Assembly (NCBI GenBank): GCA_963702025.1 | Contig: OY969699.1 | Span: forward strand, 640,001-704,000 | Source: an uncultured bacterium | GTDB lineage: Bacteria; Babelota; Babeliae; Babelales; Vermiphilaceae | Reading direction: 5' to 3' | DNA: 64,000 nucleotides | Part shown: positions 48,401 to 57,446 of the stretch, piece by piece | Layout: each line of letters opens with the position of its first letter | How positions within the stretch are numbered: the stretch's first letter is position 1 | Program-made: the position numbers and the translations under genes | The notes under the pieces: generated by a model | What the model was told of the DNA's origin: nothing | The model's input: only the letters and a program-made list of their open reading frames with translations | Databases searched by the model: none

Positions 48401-48589
48401 GATAAGCACGTCGACAGATTTTTGAGCAAGTGAAGGAATCTCTTGAGCTGCAGCAAGCAGATTGTTTCCTGATTCATCAAGCACTATCTCTTCTTGATTA
48501 TTGGCAGGTGGCATTTCCATGGGGAAAGAATTGCTTGCCGCTAAGAATGCTAGTAATGAGCCTAAAAAGTAGTTAAAAATCGATTTCAT
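45413..48589 (-). CDS. Secreted multidomain protein: propeller, BTB/POZ, WD40
   Basis: Signal SFP-ME; IPSLAQKSV; WEELPIDLQEL; QSPVLKAMFTGSFKEA (BTB); IKIWN, VALWDLRTG. Confidence 0.8.
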   Translation of the reverse strand: MKSIFNYFLGSLLAFLAASNSFPMEMPPANNQEEIVLDESGNNLLAAAQEIPSLAQKSVDVLIKNINYYLLTNPEILTKIPKDLHSLLKKKLIATDVFSGLLRVIPCKSGVCSLTVLDKEKGLVAAGLHNGSIVIVDLNKATIVKEFALLSDNPITAIKKLSDQEAIATDGCFLFIVNVQTSETKKIYIQNRHDTKLICAINENLVACTNYHSKIIDIYNVQTSELVNIIPSDPVLKLVCHIPNQLCVVTQETIDNQIEEKVTVIDFSDHPMNPVELTQEPDSQSSLNEAKIIDNLLKMDPTILMSGLDGYGKKLTYLSDATNNPIDISVNNGNLQIMLDDVLRTLEFNTTVIEKYDDHFILSGQSFGANTMGFINLHDVLETYSLEDLIAALHARIQKEIRSNKKLPISSAHAAEIADIVSLLPYVQSEKSQPNTKVRIIKKQLEQRLVNKSPQEQKTYLFSLLAHAQQAEYKELAQYISVILANLIDPLCPEEWEELPIDLQELACIALTTTDNKIIILPEAIAFQSPVLKAMFTGSFKEAHEKIAPVDFDAETVQVIKKLLYFMYENPEQIKVFKNMFQTALEKQKSTHLTDALKAFFDSVKTIPHDALMLAHAWDIPNQEMLGMYMFDQARKEPGMLKALFESLPTDCYSMFMPKLIETPHAEIITIQLQELTEYIAKQRKGDTLVGTILANLPNLEKYLEIYAKFISDNLIQIVKLHPHFSAFIDQESMKLIHKPLREHLEKIIVKNTTMQIDYDHAFTILSHGDELLIVDGYKNIIIFVNPKTKETRKLTLDCKQPTMTALVIKNQFVAIHDDDMVRVYNLASGKCIQEDYHANAQQLLPFDDDRFISLSTTEIKIWNNKTDSYRCIPLESSVKSSKAALLNETTLVATDNDKYVALWDLRTGKKIKRLPLQGAYGVAVLNDRFIIAANDYPYNNILAADIKIFDTKTDSECYSKSTRNSFSVDSDMLILEGFELGPTKSVCINAQAGSLHKTHFTMDDRAEIRFFIKKVGDRYYTGTLADAPLGQINISLFPHLLSVSELINDICAENEKK

Positions 48590-48739
48590 ATAACCTCCAA
48601 AAAATTACAACTATTCTTTAGTAAGGATAGCATTAATTATGTATTTGTCAAAAATGCATGAAAAATTAGAGAATATTTGAAAATCATGTTTTCTATTAGA
48701 AATGTTGCAGGTTCAAGGTACTTGTAGAGTTTTTTGCGT

Positions 48740-49282
48740 TGAATGTGGGGGTAGTGGTGAAACCACCCCCACACCCCCGTTCACCCAAGGTGTACCTTGG
48801 GGATCCCGACGGCGCTCATCACGGCTGCACATGCCGCTTTCAGCGGACAAGTCAGCCTCTCGCCACTCATAGGCTTCGCCTATTCGAGCTCGGTACCGCC
48901 TGGGTTGGAATTTAACCCCTACCATTAGAATGCTAAGGAAATAGCTTTTGCTCGAGGGGCCCCAACCCCTGGCAAAAGAACATTATTAAAAAAATAGATA
49001 AAATAAATCTGGTTGCGATATATGTATGAGCCGGTGCAGCTCCCGTAGGGAGATGAGCCGGTGAGTTTATCGCATAGGGATCCAAGGGCGAAGCCCTGGC
49101 GCACGAGATGCAGGAGGGTTTGCGAAAACCTTCCTGCCGCTGGCCGCCCTTCGACAAGCTCAGGATAAACTCCGGCCAAAGGTAAAAATATAGTTTCTGC
49201 TGCTGCCCGCAGGACAAATTTATAACTTCCCCTTGGGTGAACGGGGGCGTGGGGGGCATTTTCAAGAACGCCCCCACATTCA
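48740..49282. mobile_element. MITE-like non-coding element with about 50-bp terminal inverted repeats
   Basis: TGAATGTGGGGG...CCCCCGTTCACCCAAGG at the left end, CCTTGGGTGAACGGGGG...CCCCCACATTCA at the right; internal hairpins and a CCCTTCGACAAGCTCAGG fragment. Confidence 0.6.
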
Positions 49283-50728
49283 TTTCTCTTTATTTTTCTC
49301 AGCAATAGCAGTAAAGAGCGTTATTAACGGTATTTTTTCGGGAGTGATTATTTGTCGCACCTGAATAGATTTGTCGTTCGGATCATCACTTTTGGTTAGA
49401 AATTTGCCATCAGAAGAAACGAGCTTACTTATGGTTCGTTTAAATTTTTTAAAGGGAAGAGAATTATTGATGGGAATTGTTGTGCCTGTTTTTATGTTGA
49501 GTATATGCTTTATGGCATCTTTCTTTCCTAACATATAATGTTCATTGTCATACGTATAATAGAGATTTCTCATATCGCCGGATACGGTGAGTGATTTTTT
49601 TCCGAGCTCGGCCTCAATAACTATATCTGTTGAATCTTTTTTTTCATCATAGTCCAGTATGATGATTGTGGAGAGATCTTTGCTCGTAAAACTATTTTTC
49701 TTATCCGTTAAAATTTTATGGATATAAGTTCCTGCCGGGGCACCATCTTTTAGGTTAAATACCGTTTCTCCATCCATTTCATAACAAACTAATTTTGTCT
49801 TATCACTATTAAAGGCAGTATGAAAAAATAAATATTGCGGCTCTAAAGTTCTGAGATAGGCAAATGATCGGTTATATAAGTGAAGCGTGGGGTTACTTTC
49901 TAATACAATAAGGCTCCCATCCGAGCTAAAGCAAGACACTGAACCTGGTAGACATTTTTCTTCTTGTAATGTCTGTGCATCATAAAAGATACTAAAGATA
50001 CTTTTCAAATTTTGTGTGAACTCGTTAGTAATTATCCATTTTCCTGTCGGGTCTTGCACCGGTATTACAGCCTGATCACTCGCTGTTCCTAATACTTTGC
50101 GTAGCTTTCCACTTTTTGTATCACAAATTACCCAGGGCTTTTTATGTTCTTTGATAATCCAATTCTTATCATCGGCGGTACATTTAATTTTAGCTGATGC
50201 ATTACAGTTTAGATTGTAAAGATGTTTTCCTGTTTTGCTATCCCAAATGTTTTTACCATAAATAGTATCGGTATTTAGAGCAGATATATAGTTGCCACAT
50301 GGGCTCCATTTTGCTTTGTTTCCCCACAAACCTTTGGAATTGATTGGACTTTGCAAAGTGTTAAGTTGCTTTCCGGATTGTGCATCATAGATATGAAGCG
50401 CATTATTATGATGAATTAATAACTTGCTCCCATCCGGGCTGAATCTACCATTACGTGGCACGGTACGCAGATGAGTAGTACATAGAGATGCAAGATGTGC
50501 GTGTTTGATGAGGCTTTCTGCAAGAGATTTGCGATGTTTTGGACCAACATCACATTGTTCAAGTTCTGCAAGACCTTCGGCTATTTTGGGGGTTATTTCA
50601 TTGAGCGTTTTTGCGCAATGCGCGCCCAGAAGATCGTAATATCGCAAATCGCCGCGAGAAGGAGTTGGCATTTCCATGCTAACAAGCGGCGATGTTATCA
50701 AGAGTATAATTAGAGTATTTTTTTTCAT
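49280..50728 (-). CDS. Secreted beta-propeller protein, paralog of 36323..37786
   Basis: Signal LVS-ME; TVPRNGRFSPDGSKLLI, QDPTGKWII, LYYTYDNEHY shared with the paralog. Confidence 0.8.
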   Translation of the reverse strand: MKKNTLIILLITSPLVSMEMPTPSRGDLRYYDLLGAHCAKTLNEITPKIAEGLAELEQCDVGPKHRKSLAESLIKHAHLASLCTTHLRTVPRNGRFSPDGSKLLIHHNNALHIYDAQSGKQLNTLQSPINSKGLWGNKAKWSPCGNYISALNTDTIYGKNIWDSKTGKHLYNLNCNASAKIKCTADDKNWIIKEHKKPWVICDTKSGKLRKVLGTASDQAVIPVQDPTGKWIITNEFTQNLKSIFSIFYDAQTLQEEKCLPGSVSCFSSDGSLIVLESNPTLHLYNRSFAYLRTLEPQYLFFHTAFNSDKTKLVCYEMDGETVFNLKDGAPAGTYIHKILTDKKNSFTSKDLSTIIILDYDEKKDSTDIVIEAELGKKSLTVSGDMRNLYYTYDNEHYMLGKKDAIKHILNIKTGTTIPINNSLPFKKFKRTISKLVSSDGKFLTKSDDPNDKSIQVRQIITPEKIPLITLFTAIAEKNKEK

Positions 50729-50906
50729 GGTGATTCCTTTGGTGTAAAAGATTTCTATTTTCAAGAATGATTTTTTTTTGTATAATTTTTTAATTCTAAA
50801 AAGGCGCTGCAGTATGCCGTATTCTTTAAAAAAGTTTATCAGTTTTGCATTATTTTTTTAGCGTGTAGTATCAAATTTTTTTTGTTTATCATCTTTTGGG
50901 AAAAAA

Positions 50907-52913
50907 ATGAAAAAACTTTTATTGAGTCTTTGTATGGTGCTATCTATCTATGCCATGGAACAGCGTGATAAAGAATTATTCGCGCTTGCAGCACAAGATC
51001 CTGAATGTTTAGGATCCCATAAAACTATTTCTTTATTGCTTGATCATGAGCAAAAAGAATTACTTGCAGTATTAGGAGGAGTGGCCTCTCCTGAGCAGAT
51101 TGTGCCGATAATGAAAAAAAAGATTGGCGAACTGCATGAGCGAACATTATCACATATAGAACCGGTGCCGGAATGCATTCGGGAATTTGCCATTAAAAAT
51201 AGCATCGGGATTGACCGCCATCCGCATATAAGTAGCGATGGTAAGTTTTTATTGGATGATGATAATTTGTTTTGCACGCATGATGGATCAGTGGTGAATC
51301 TTGAAAATTTTCCGAGAGAATCATTCAATTTGAATTCTAAACTGGGCCCTGCCGGAAAGATTATATTCGCATTAGAGGGTTCATATTATTATCATAAAAT
51401 AACCGCGTGGGGTTTACCCGAAGGCAAGCAATTATATACTTTCGGTTTACCCGACTGCATAGCGCTCCTTCGTAGAGATGACGAAAACAAATTGACCACG
51501 GTGAAAGAAGAGGCGACAACGGAAGTTGTTAAAAAAGGGCTTGAAGTACTGCATAAAGATCAGCAGAATTATTTGCATCTTCTATCGCTTGAACTAATTC
51601 CTGAAATTGCACTCTATTTACGAATCGGGAAAAATCTTTTTAGACATTTTACCATAAGTGATGACGATAAGTTTTTGGCAATGGACACGCTAATGAAGGG
51701 AATACAATTATACAATGCGCGAACGGGAAAATTCCTGCGATCATTGCCCGACAGTGAACCATATAAATGGGGAAAACCGGTACTCTTTAGCCCTCATTGC
51801 GTATTTGCCATTACTCGTTTGGCAGACGACACAAAAAGAGAACTATTGGTGTGGCAACCAGCGCTTGAGCAAGCAGCTCCTATCTGTTTACCGGGTGATA
51901 TTGCTTGTTTTAATGAAGATAATAGATATATTGCAACGGCAAATTCTGCCACCAAGGAAGTTAAAGTATGGAGCCTATTGCCGACCACAAATGCAGCATC
52001 GGTGCAATTACAGTGTGAACCGCATCGATTACGTTTGAGTTCTAATGGAAGACTATTGGCGCAAGGGGGAGGCAGATACAAATCTCAAGAGATTTGGGAT
52101 TTAAAAACAGGAAGATGCCTTTATGTGGACCCGAGCCGATCGCATAAAGAAACAGTAAATGCGCTGTGCGATACGGTGATTAAAAACTCCCCGGATACTA
52201 CGATTCAGCATCTTGATACCGGCACCATCATTCCACTTGCTGGAACGCAAAGGATTGCTGATTCATTTGTCTGCGATCCGGCAGGAAAATATTTGTTTAT
52301 TCACAAAGGATATCACGGCATGGAATTGCGCAATGCTAAAAATGGTGCATTAATTGCCGCATTGACTCATGGTGGCCCGGCAACAAAAGGAAGTTGTTTT
52401 ATGCCGGAAAACCGATTACTCACCATCACCGGAGATAAAGCATGCCTTTGGCAACTGCACCCCATTGATTGGGATGCTATTTCACCTCTTGAAAAAATGG
52501 CAATGCTCAGCTTAGAAAATAGTTATCGCACGGGAAAGCCATTCACGGGCATTGCTCTGCACGCGCTTGATAAGTTCAAAGCGCTTGCGGCCAAACGGTA
52601 CCCACAGATTTCATGTTTATCCGAACCGGATAAGCCAATAGAGCCGATCACGGTGAGTGATGTGAGTGAAAGATACACGCAGAAAAAAAATGGGGTTGAG
52701 CATATATTATTTGGAACGGATCAATATAAAAATAGCCTGAGTACCTTTATGATGATCAGTGGGTCCGATAGAGGTGCAATAGTTGCCTATAAAAATGCCA
52801 AGGATCTTCCCAAGTGTGAGCAGCGCACCTTTTTGAGTGAGAGTGAAGCACGAAGACTTTATTATTTACTGTATAAGCAATATAACGAGCAGCCCAAAAA
52901 GCACCCATGGTGA
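50907..52913 (+). CDS. Secreted WD40/beta-propeller protein
   Basis: Signal IYA-ME; SSDGKFL, LYNARTGK, VKVWSL, IWDLKTG. Confidence 0.8.
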   Translation: MKKLLLSLCMVLSIYAMEQRDKELFALAAQDPECLGSHKTISLLLDHEQKELLAVLGGVASPEQIVPIMKKKIGELHERTLSHIEPVPECIREFAIKNSIGIDRHPHISSDGKFLLDDDNLFCTHDGSVVNLENFPRESFNLNSKLGPAGKIIFALEGSYYYHKITAWGLPEGKQLYTFGLPDCIALLRRDDENKLTTVKEEATTEVVKKGLEVLHKDQQNYLHLLSLELIPEIALYLRIGKNLFRHFTISDDDKFLAMDTLMKGIQLYNARTGKFLRSLPDSEPYKWGKPVLFSPHCVFAITRLADDTKRELLVWQPALEQAAPICLPGDIACFNEDNRYIATANSATKEVKVWSLLPTTNAASVQLQCEPHRLRLSSNGRLLAQGGGRYKSQEIWDLKTGRCLYVDPSRSHKETVNALCDTVIKNSPDTTIQHLDTGTIIPLAGTQRIADSFVCDPAGKYLFIHKGYHGMELRNAKNGALIAALTHGGPATKGSCFMPENRLLTITGDKACLWQLHPIDWDAISPLEKMAMLSLENSYRTGKPFTGIALHALDKFKALAAKRYPQISCLSEPDKPIEPITVSDVSERYTQKKNGVEHILFGTDQYKNSLSTFMMISGSDRGAIVAYKNAKDLPKCEQRTFLSESEARRLYYLLYKQYNEQPKKHPW

Positions 52914-53091
52914 ATTTAAATAATGTTGCTACATCCCAAGTCATTGATTTATAGTCATTTTTTCACTATCATTATCATGTTACCCTATATTTCTAGTCTC
53001 CCTTATTTGGATAGCATCCGGAGGCGTTTTTATGAAAGTTCTTATCTCTTTTTTAGTGCATTTTATCACTTTTATCTGCTAATCAGCGATA

Positions 53092-53197
53092 CTTCGACTG
53101 GCTCAGCACGAACGGACCAACACCCGCTCGCCCTGCGTGCCCGCCATAGCTCGAGCGACGGCTGGGAGTAGAAATCGTAAGATTTCGTATCGAAGGG
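53092..53197. repeat. Family A element with a nested hairpin insert
   Basis: CTTCGACTGGCTCAGCACGAACGG...CCGCTCGCCCTG[CCCGCCATAGCTCGAGCGACGGCTGGG]AGTAGAAATCGTAAGATTTCGTATCGAAGGG. Confidence 0.75.
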
Positions 53198-53233
53198 TCT
53201 CATCAATATTTATTCCATTAAATCAGGATATAT

Positions 53234-54079
53234 ATGATTTATGCTCCGCGCATAATAACGTGCCTTTGCATAGGTTTGGCACTCTTTTATACCTATGCGC
53301 ATAAAGAACTTCATAATGAAAGAAATAAAAAAATGATTAATCAAACTCCCTCATCAAACTGGATAACCTCATTACAAGAAAAAGCTAGCGAGCAGAGCTC
53401 TGGCTCATTCAATGCCAAAGATAAGCACAATAATGCGCTTGTTGCGCGCTGGCATATTCTCACTACCCAATCGGCCCACTTTGTGCCGGCCATGAATCAG
53501 ATTGCCGATCTTGCATCGCAGGCATTTACATCGGTCGAATTTGATTTTTTGCAGGCACATCCGGAAGCTGCAGGCAGTGAGCGGCTCTATCAATCAATTG
53601 CTCCCTTGTTTCAAGATACCGTTTCTATTGATTGGCAAGCAGTGAAAAACAGCATTTACTCGCTTATCAATCAGCTGTATACCAAAACTGACTGGGCTAA
53701 ATTTGGTGGCGAGGATATTTATATTTTTGTCACAGTACATGATCAGGAATCTGATACTTTGCTGGGATTTATTACCTTTTTTGTCCGTCCAACATATCCG
53801 CACGGTGTATGCAAAGTCACCGCAATGGGCGTGATCCCTCCGGCGCAAAATAGAGGCTTGGGAAAAGTGCTCATGGGTTCAATTTTTAAGATTATTCCGG
53901 AAGTTGAGCGTATTTTCTTGTGCACCCGCGTAACCAATAGTAAGGCGCTGGCTGCATATCGCTCGTGGGGATTTCAGATTGATGCCAATCCGATAAAAGA
54001 GCCGGGGCACGATTTCAATCCGGCATACTGGATTTTTATGGCGTATGATGTGAAAGCGCAAAAGGGATTGCAAAGTTAG
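53234..54079 (+). CDS. GNAT acetyltransferase with an N-terminal hydrophobic leader
   Basis: AQNRGLGKVLM, N..A..AY..WGF. Confidence 0.85.
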   Translation: MIYAPRIITCLCIGLALFYTYAHKELHNERNKKMINQTPSSNWITSLQEKASEQSSGSFNAKDKHNNALVARWHILTTQSAHFVPAMNQIADLASQAFTSVEFDFLQAHPEAAGSERLYQSIAPLFQDTVSIDWQAVKNSIYSLINQLYTKTDWAKFGGEDIYIFVTVHDQESDTLLGFITFFVRPTYPHGVCKVTAMGVIPPAQNRGLGKVLMGSIFKIIPEVERIFLCTRVTNSKALAAYRSWGFQIDANPIKEPGHDFNPAYWIFMAYDVKAQKGLQS

Positions 54080-54153
54080 ATTGTAACTGCCTCACATTTT
54101 TTGATGCAAAATTTTTGCGATGGCTCTCGCAGAACCACAATTAATTTCAAGAA

Positions 54154-54200
54154 AAGTTCCTTGTAATTTGGAGGTCCGACTTCCAAATTACAAGGAACTT
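54154..54200. terminator. Long perfect hairpin between convergent genes
   Basis: AAGTTCCTTGTAATTTGGA / TCCAAATTACAAGGAACTT, 19-bp perfect stem. Confidence 0.7.
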
Positions 54201-54221
54201 CTGAATTTTTGTTCGTAAAGA

Positions 54222-54644
54222 TTAATTTTTATCAGTGTATTTTGCTAATTTTTCATCAAAACGTTTCCACACTAATGTTACAAATTCTGATACGGTGATC
54301 GATTTAATAGTTTTGAACTTTTCTTCGCTTTCCATCCATTCAGCATCAATGCCTGCTTGCTTCATATACGATTCAAATGTATAGCCAAGAGGAGCGACCA
54401 CTGCTCCTTGCCAAGATCCTTTAAACTTTTGCAAAAAAAGATCTATTTCTTGAGGAGAGCCTATATCAAATTTTTTAATGCCATAATAACCATTGACAAC
54501 ATCGAGACCGCATACTAATTGAAGTTTATCATTTCTAATTGCTTCTTGATTCAGTTTTGGCAAAGCCGGGAGTTCTTCCATGCCGTTAACGGCGCATGTT
54601 ACGTTTGAGGCCAAGACAAGAATTGTTAATGTTTTAAAATTCAT
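54222..54644 (-). CDS. Secreted hypothetical protein
   Basis: AAGGAG RBS; signal VNG-ME. Confidence 0.72.
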   Translation of the reverse strand: MNFKTLTILVLASNVTCAVNGMEELPALPKLNQEAIRNDKLQLVCGLDVVNGYYGIKKFDIGSPQEIDLFLQKFKGSWQGAVVAPLGYTFESYMKQAGIDAEWMESEEKFKTIKSITVSEFVTLVWKRFDEKLAKYTDKN

Positions 54645-54798
54645 TTTTTTGCTCCTTATTTTGTGGCATGTCTATGATTTAGCTTATATTATTCTTTTTT
54701 GTATAAAATTCTAGATTTAGGTACTAATTATGCATAAGGTTGTTGCTTTTTTAACCTGAAACACCTAAAGACAGCTATGAATTTCGACCATAGAGGGC

Positions 54799-55054
54799 AT
54801 GAGGTATCGTTGACTTTCGACCATTAAGGTAATTAAGAAATTAAAAATGATAAAGAAGCCGAGGCATATTTTTGGGCTGTTTTAGAAGAATGTAAAAATT
54901 GTGACGAAAAAGAAGCACAAAAGCGTCTTATAGTAGCGTTAAAAAATTTGTCTGAAGCGCAAGGCGGTGTTGCAAATCTTGCAAAAAAAGCTGGATTAGG
55001 ATGCGAACCATTTTATAAAATGCTATCCACTGTTATTCTCAAGATTTGGCGTTA
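54799..55054 (+). pseudogene. Degraded HI1420-like antitoxin
   Basis: ATG AGG TAT CGT TGA, then an open frame with no start: NDKEAEAYFWAVLEE...ALKNLSEAQGGVANLAKKAGLGCEPFYKMLS. Confidence 0.7.
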
Positions 55055-55196
55055 GCAGTCTTGGACGCTATGATTTTATTGTTGCCCCAGAATGTTCCTG
55101 GAACCGTATTCGCCAAAGATTTAAAGATCCAACTTTCTGTTTTGGGCATACAGGTCATACGCCTCAATTTGAAGAGCCGGAACTTTTCTTATTATT

Positions 55197-55760
55197 TCAT
55201 AAATCATTTGCAAACCACTCGTAGCCTAGCAACTCATCAGAATCATAATCGGCATATTCTGCCAGACTAAAATTAGTTTTTTTAAAACCGAGTGCTTCAT
55301 AAAAGTGGGGCGAAATGGGATTAATGCTCCGAGTAACCAATGCAATATGGGAAATTTCGGGGAAGTAATCAATTATTGAAAACACAAGTTTTTTGCCAAT
55401 TCCTTGGCGCCACACTCGGGGATCAATACACAAAATTTCTAAAACGGCGCTTGTGCCATCTTTGAGAAAGAGTGCCCATCCTACAATATCAGATTCTTGA
55501 TGAGCCGTGACCAGCGTCATGTCGCGGCATTTTTCTAGTTTTTGCATATATTCTGCGAATATCTTTTTGATTTTATCTTCTAAACTGGGGCACAAGTCAT
55601 GGGCATACACGGTTTTAAATGCATTAAGATAAACAGCTTCTAAAGCAGTTTGCATTGCCTTATTTATGCAAGCCGGATGTATTTTTAGTGAAAATTCTGA
55701 TCCATAACTGGAGAGTGATCCACCGAATAATAATAATCCAAAAAGTTTTAATGTATTCAT
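55197..55760 (-). CDS. Secreted GNAT acetyltransferase
   Basis: Signal peptide; WRQGIGKKL, FYEALGF. Confidence 0.85.
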   Translation of the reverse strand: MNTLKLFGLLLFGGSLSSYGSEFSLKIHPACINKAMQTALEAVYLNAFKTVYAHDLCPSLEDKIKKIFAEYMQKLEKCRDMTLVTAHQESDIVGWALFLKDGTSAVLEILCIDPRVWRQGIGKKLVFSIIDYFPEISHIALVTRSINPISPHFYEALGFKKTNFSLAEYADYDSDELLGYEWFANDL

Positions 55761-55767
55761 TCAAGCA

Positions 55768-56022
55768 CTATGCGTACTTTAAAGGATATAATTCAGGATG
55801 CTTAAGAGCCTCAATATCAATGTCAATATCCAAATCGGGCCAATGAAGATGATGGCCATGTAATAATTTTAGATTATAGATTTCTTTAATTGTGGCTTTT
55901 AAGAACCATGGAAATTCTTCGAAAGGCATAAAGAATTCCTGATTATTAACTAAAACCCAAATTCCATGATTTGAGACATTTTGAATTTCAGCTTTTGAAA
56001 TGTTTTTTCTCGATGGACTCAT
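55768..56022 (-). CDS. DUF2442 protein
   Basis: GIWVL...EFFMPFEEFPWF.KAT, LHWPDLDIDI. Confidence 0.85.
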   Translation of the reverse strand: MSPSRKNISKAEIQNVSNHGIWVLVNNQEFFMPFEEFPWFLKATIKEIYNLKLLHGHHLHWPDLDIDIDIEALKHPELYPLKYA

Positions 56023-56141
56023 CGCAATCTCTTTTTTATCTACTTTTATTTTGAATCTTTATTCAATTTTATCTCAGCATAAGTAATTTTATTTTTCAAT
56101 AAAAGTCTTACGGTAATTCTATTTTAATGTCCTGATTCCCG

Positions 56142-57014
56142 TTAAAGAATCGAACACGGAGAAAGCTGCCACGCAGCATCATATGCTACTATTTCAAATG
56201 CAATTTGTTTGGCAATCGGCAACGGAATTCTGCTAAATGGCCCTTGTTGTGATGCGCGCCATTCCGGATTTTTTGGCCCAATGTACCCAAAGGTATACAT
56301 GATATCAAAATATTTTTTAATGAGTTTTGCGCTCGTGGCATATTTATATGTATCATACTTAGTACGCGCACAATAAATGAGCGCTTGCTTAATATCCGCA
56401 AGAGCAATATGTGGCGATGCCAATAAAGATGGGATGTAATAAATGTTTTTGGTGACGCCGAGTGTTAACGGGCTTACTTTATCTTTGGTCCAAATCATTT
56501 TTGCATTTGCATCGATAAGGCAATCTATTATGTCAACGGGGACTTGTTGCCGCATTGCGTTTATCAAGGGAGTATCCCCATATCCATCGGGCATATTCGT
56601 ATCCGCTTTCAGTTCGAGTACCCTTTTTAAAATAGCTAATCGAGCTGATTCTGCTTCTTTAGTGTCAGCATCATTATTTTTACTAATTCTTAAGCATAGC
56701 CGATGGAGCAAAGTAGGTTCCTTAAAGCCCGTTTTTGTTTTGATATCAACACCAATTTTAGGCTGATTCAAAAGTAAGGAGGCAGCTTGCCAGCGCTGAT
56801 GATACACTGCATTATAAAGCGCTGTTTCGCCGTGCTCGTCGGCTGTATTTATTGCTACCTTTTCATCAATACAGTGTTGAATAATTTCACTATCGCCATC
56901 AATTGCTGCACGGATGAATTTTTTTTCCAGTTGAGAAAGCTGTGGCTTTTGATCTTTTTCCATTGCACAAAGCGGTGTAACAAGTATCAACACATAATAT
57001 TTTTTTAATCGCAT
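56142..57014 (-). CDS. Secreted ankyrin-repeat protein with a C-terminal F-box-like motif
   Basis: Signal LCA-ME; GETALYNA, GDTPLINA; C-terminal FSRIPLPIAKQIAFEI. Confidence 0.82.
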   Translation of the reverse strand: MRLKKYYVLILVTPLCAMEKDQKPQLSQLEKKFIRAAIDGDSEIIQHCIDEKVAINTADEHGETALYNAVYHQRWQAASLLLNQPKIGVDIKTKTGFKEPTLLHRLCLRISKNNDADTKEAESARLAILKRVLELKADTNMPDGYGDTPLINAMRQQVPVDIIDCLIDANAKMIWTKDKVSPLTLGVTKNIYYIPSLLASPHIALADIKQALIYCARTKYDTYKYATSAKLIKKYFDIMYTFGYIGPKNPEWRASQQGPFSRIPLPIAKQIAFEIVAYDAAWQLSPCSIL

Positions 57015-57035
57015 TTTTGTACCAAAATAATGGTT

Positions 57036-57446
57036 TTATCTTTTCATGTATTCTTTTACTCTTCGTGTTTCCTTGCTGCACTGAGCATAGTTTCTATATG
57101 CCTGCTGCTCTATCCTCTGGCAGGATTCATGGATATCCTTGCAACTTCTAAGAATAGAATCAATGTTTTTACATTCGTTTGAACAGCCATTTCTGGCGCA
57201 ATCTCCCATAACTTCTTTCCAAAATTTCTCGGCTTTAGCTAAAGTATGCCATGCATTAAACGCCCTATCTTCCTCTTCTTGGCATTTTTGCAACGGCCCA
57301 GGTGGGCGGGGCGCAGACGAATACGGGCGAATAGTTTTCAATGATGCACGTACAATGAGCGGAGCATAATGCACAGTTGGGCGGCGGAGCATCGCGGCTG
57401 ATTTTTGTGGTGCGCAGAGGGCGAGAATTATAAAGAGTTTTTTCAT
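57036..57446 (-). CDS. Secreted Cys-rich protein with an Arg-rich presequence-like segment
   Basis: Signal SAA-ML; MLRRPTVHYAPLIVRASLKTIRPYSS. Confidence 0.7.
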   Translation of the reverse strand: MKKLFIILALCAPQKSAAMLRRPTVHYAPLIVRASLKTIRPYSSAPRPPGPLQKCQEEEDRAFNAWHTLAKAEKFWKEVMGDCARNGCSNECKNIDSILRSCKDIHESCQRIEQQAYRNYAQCSKETRRVKEYMKR

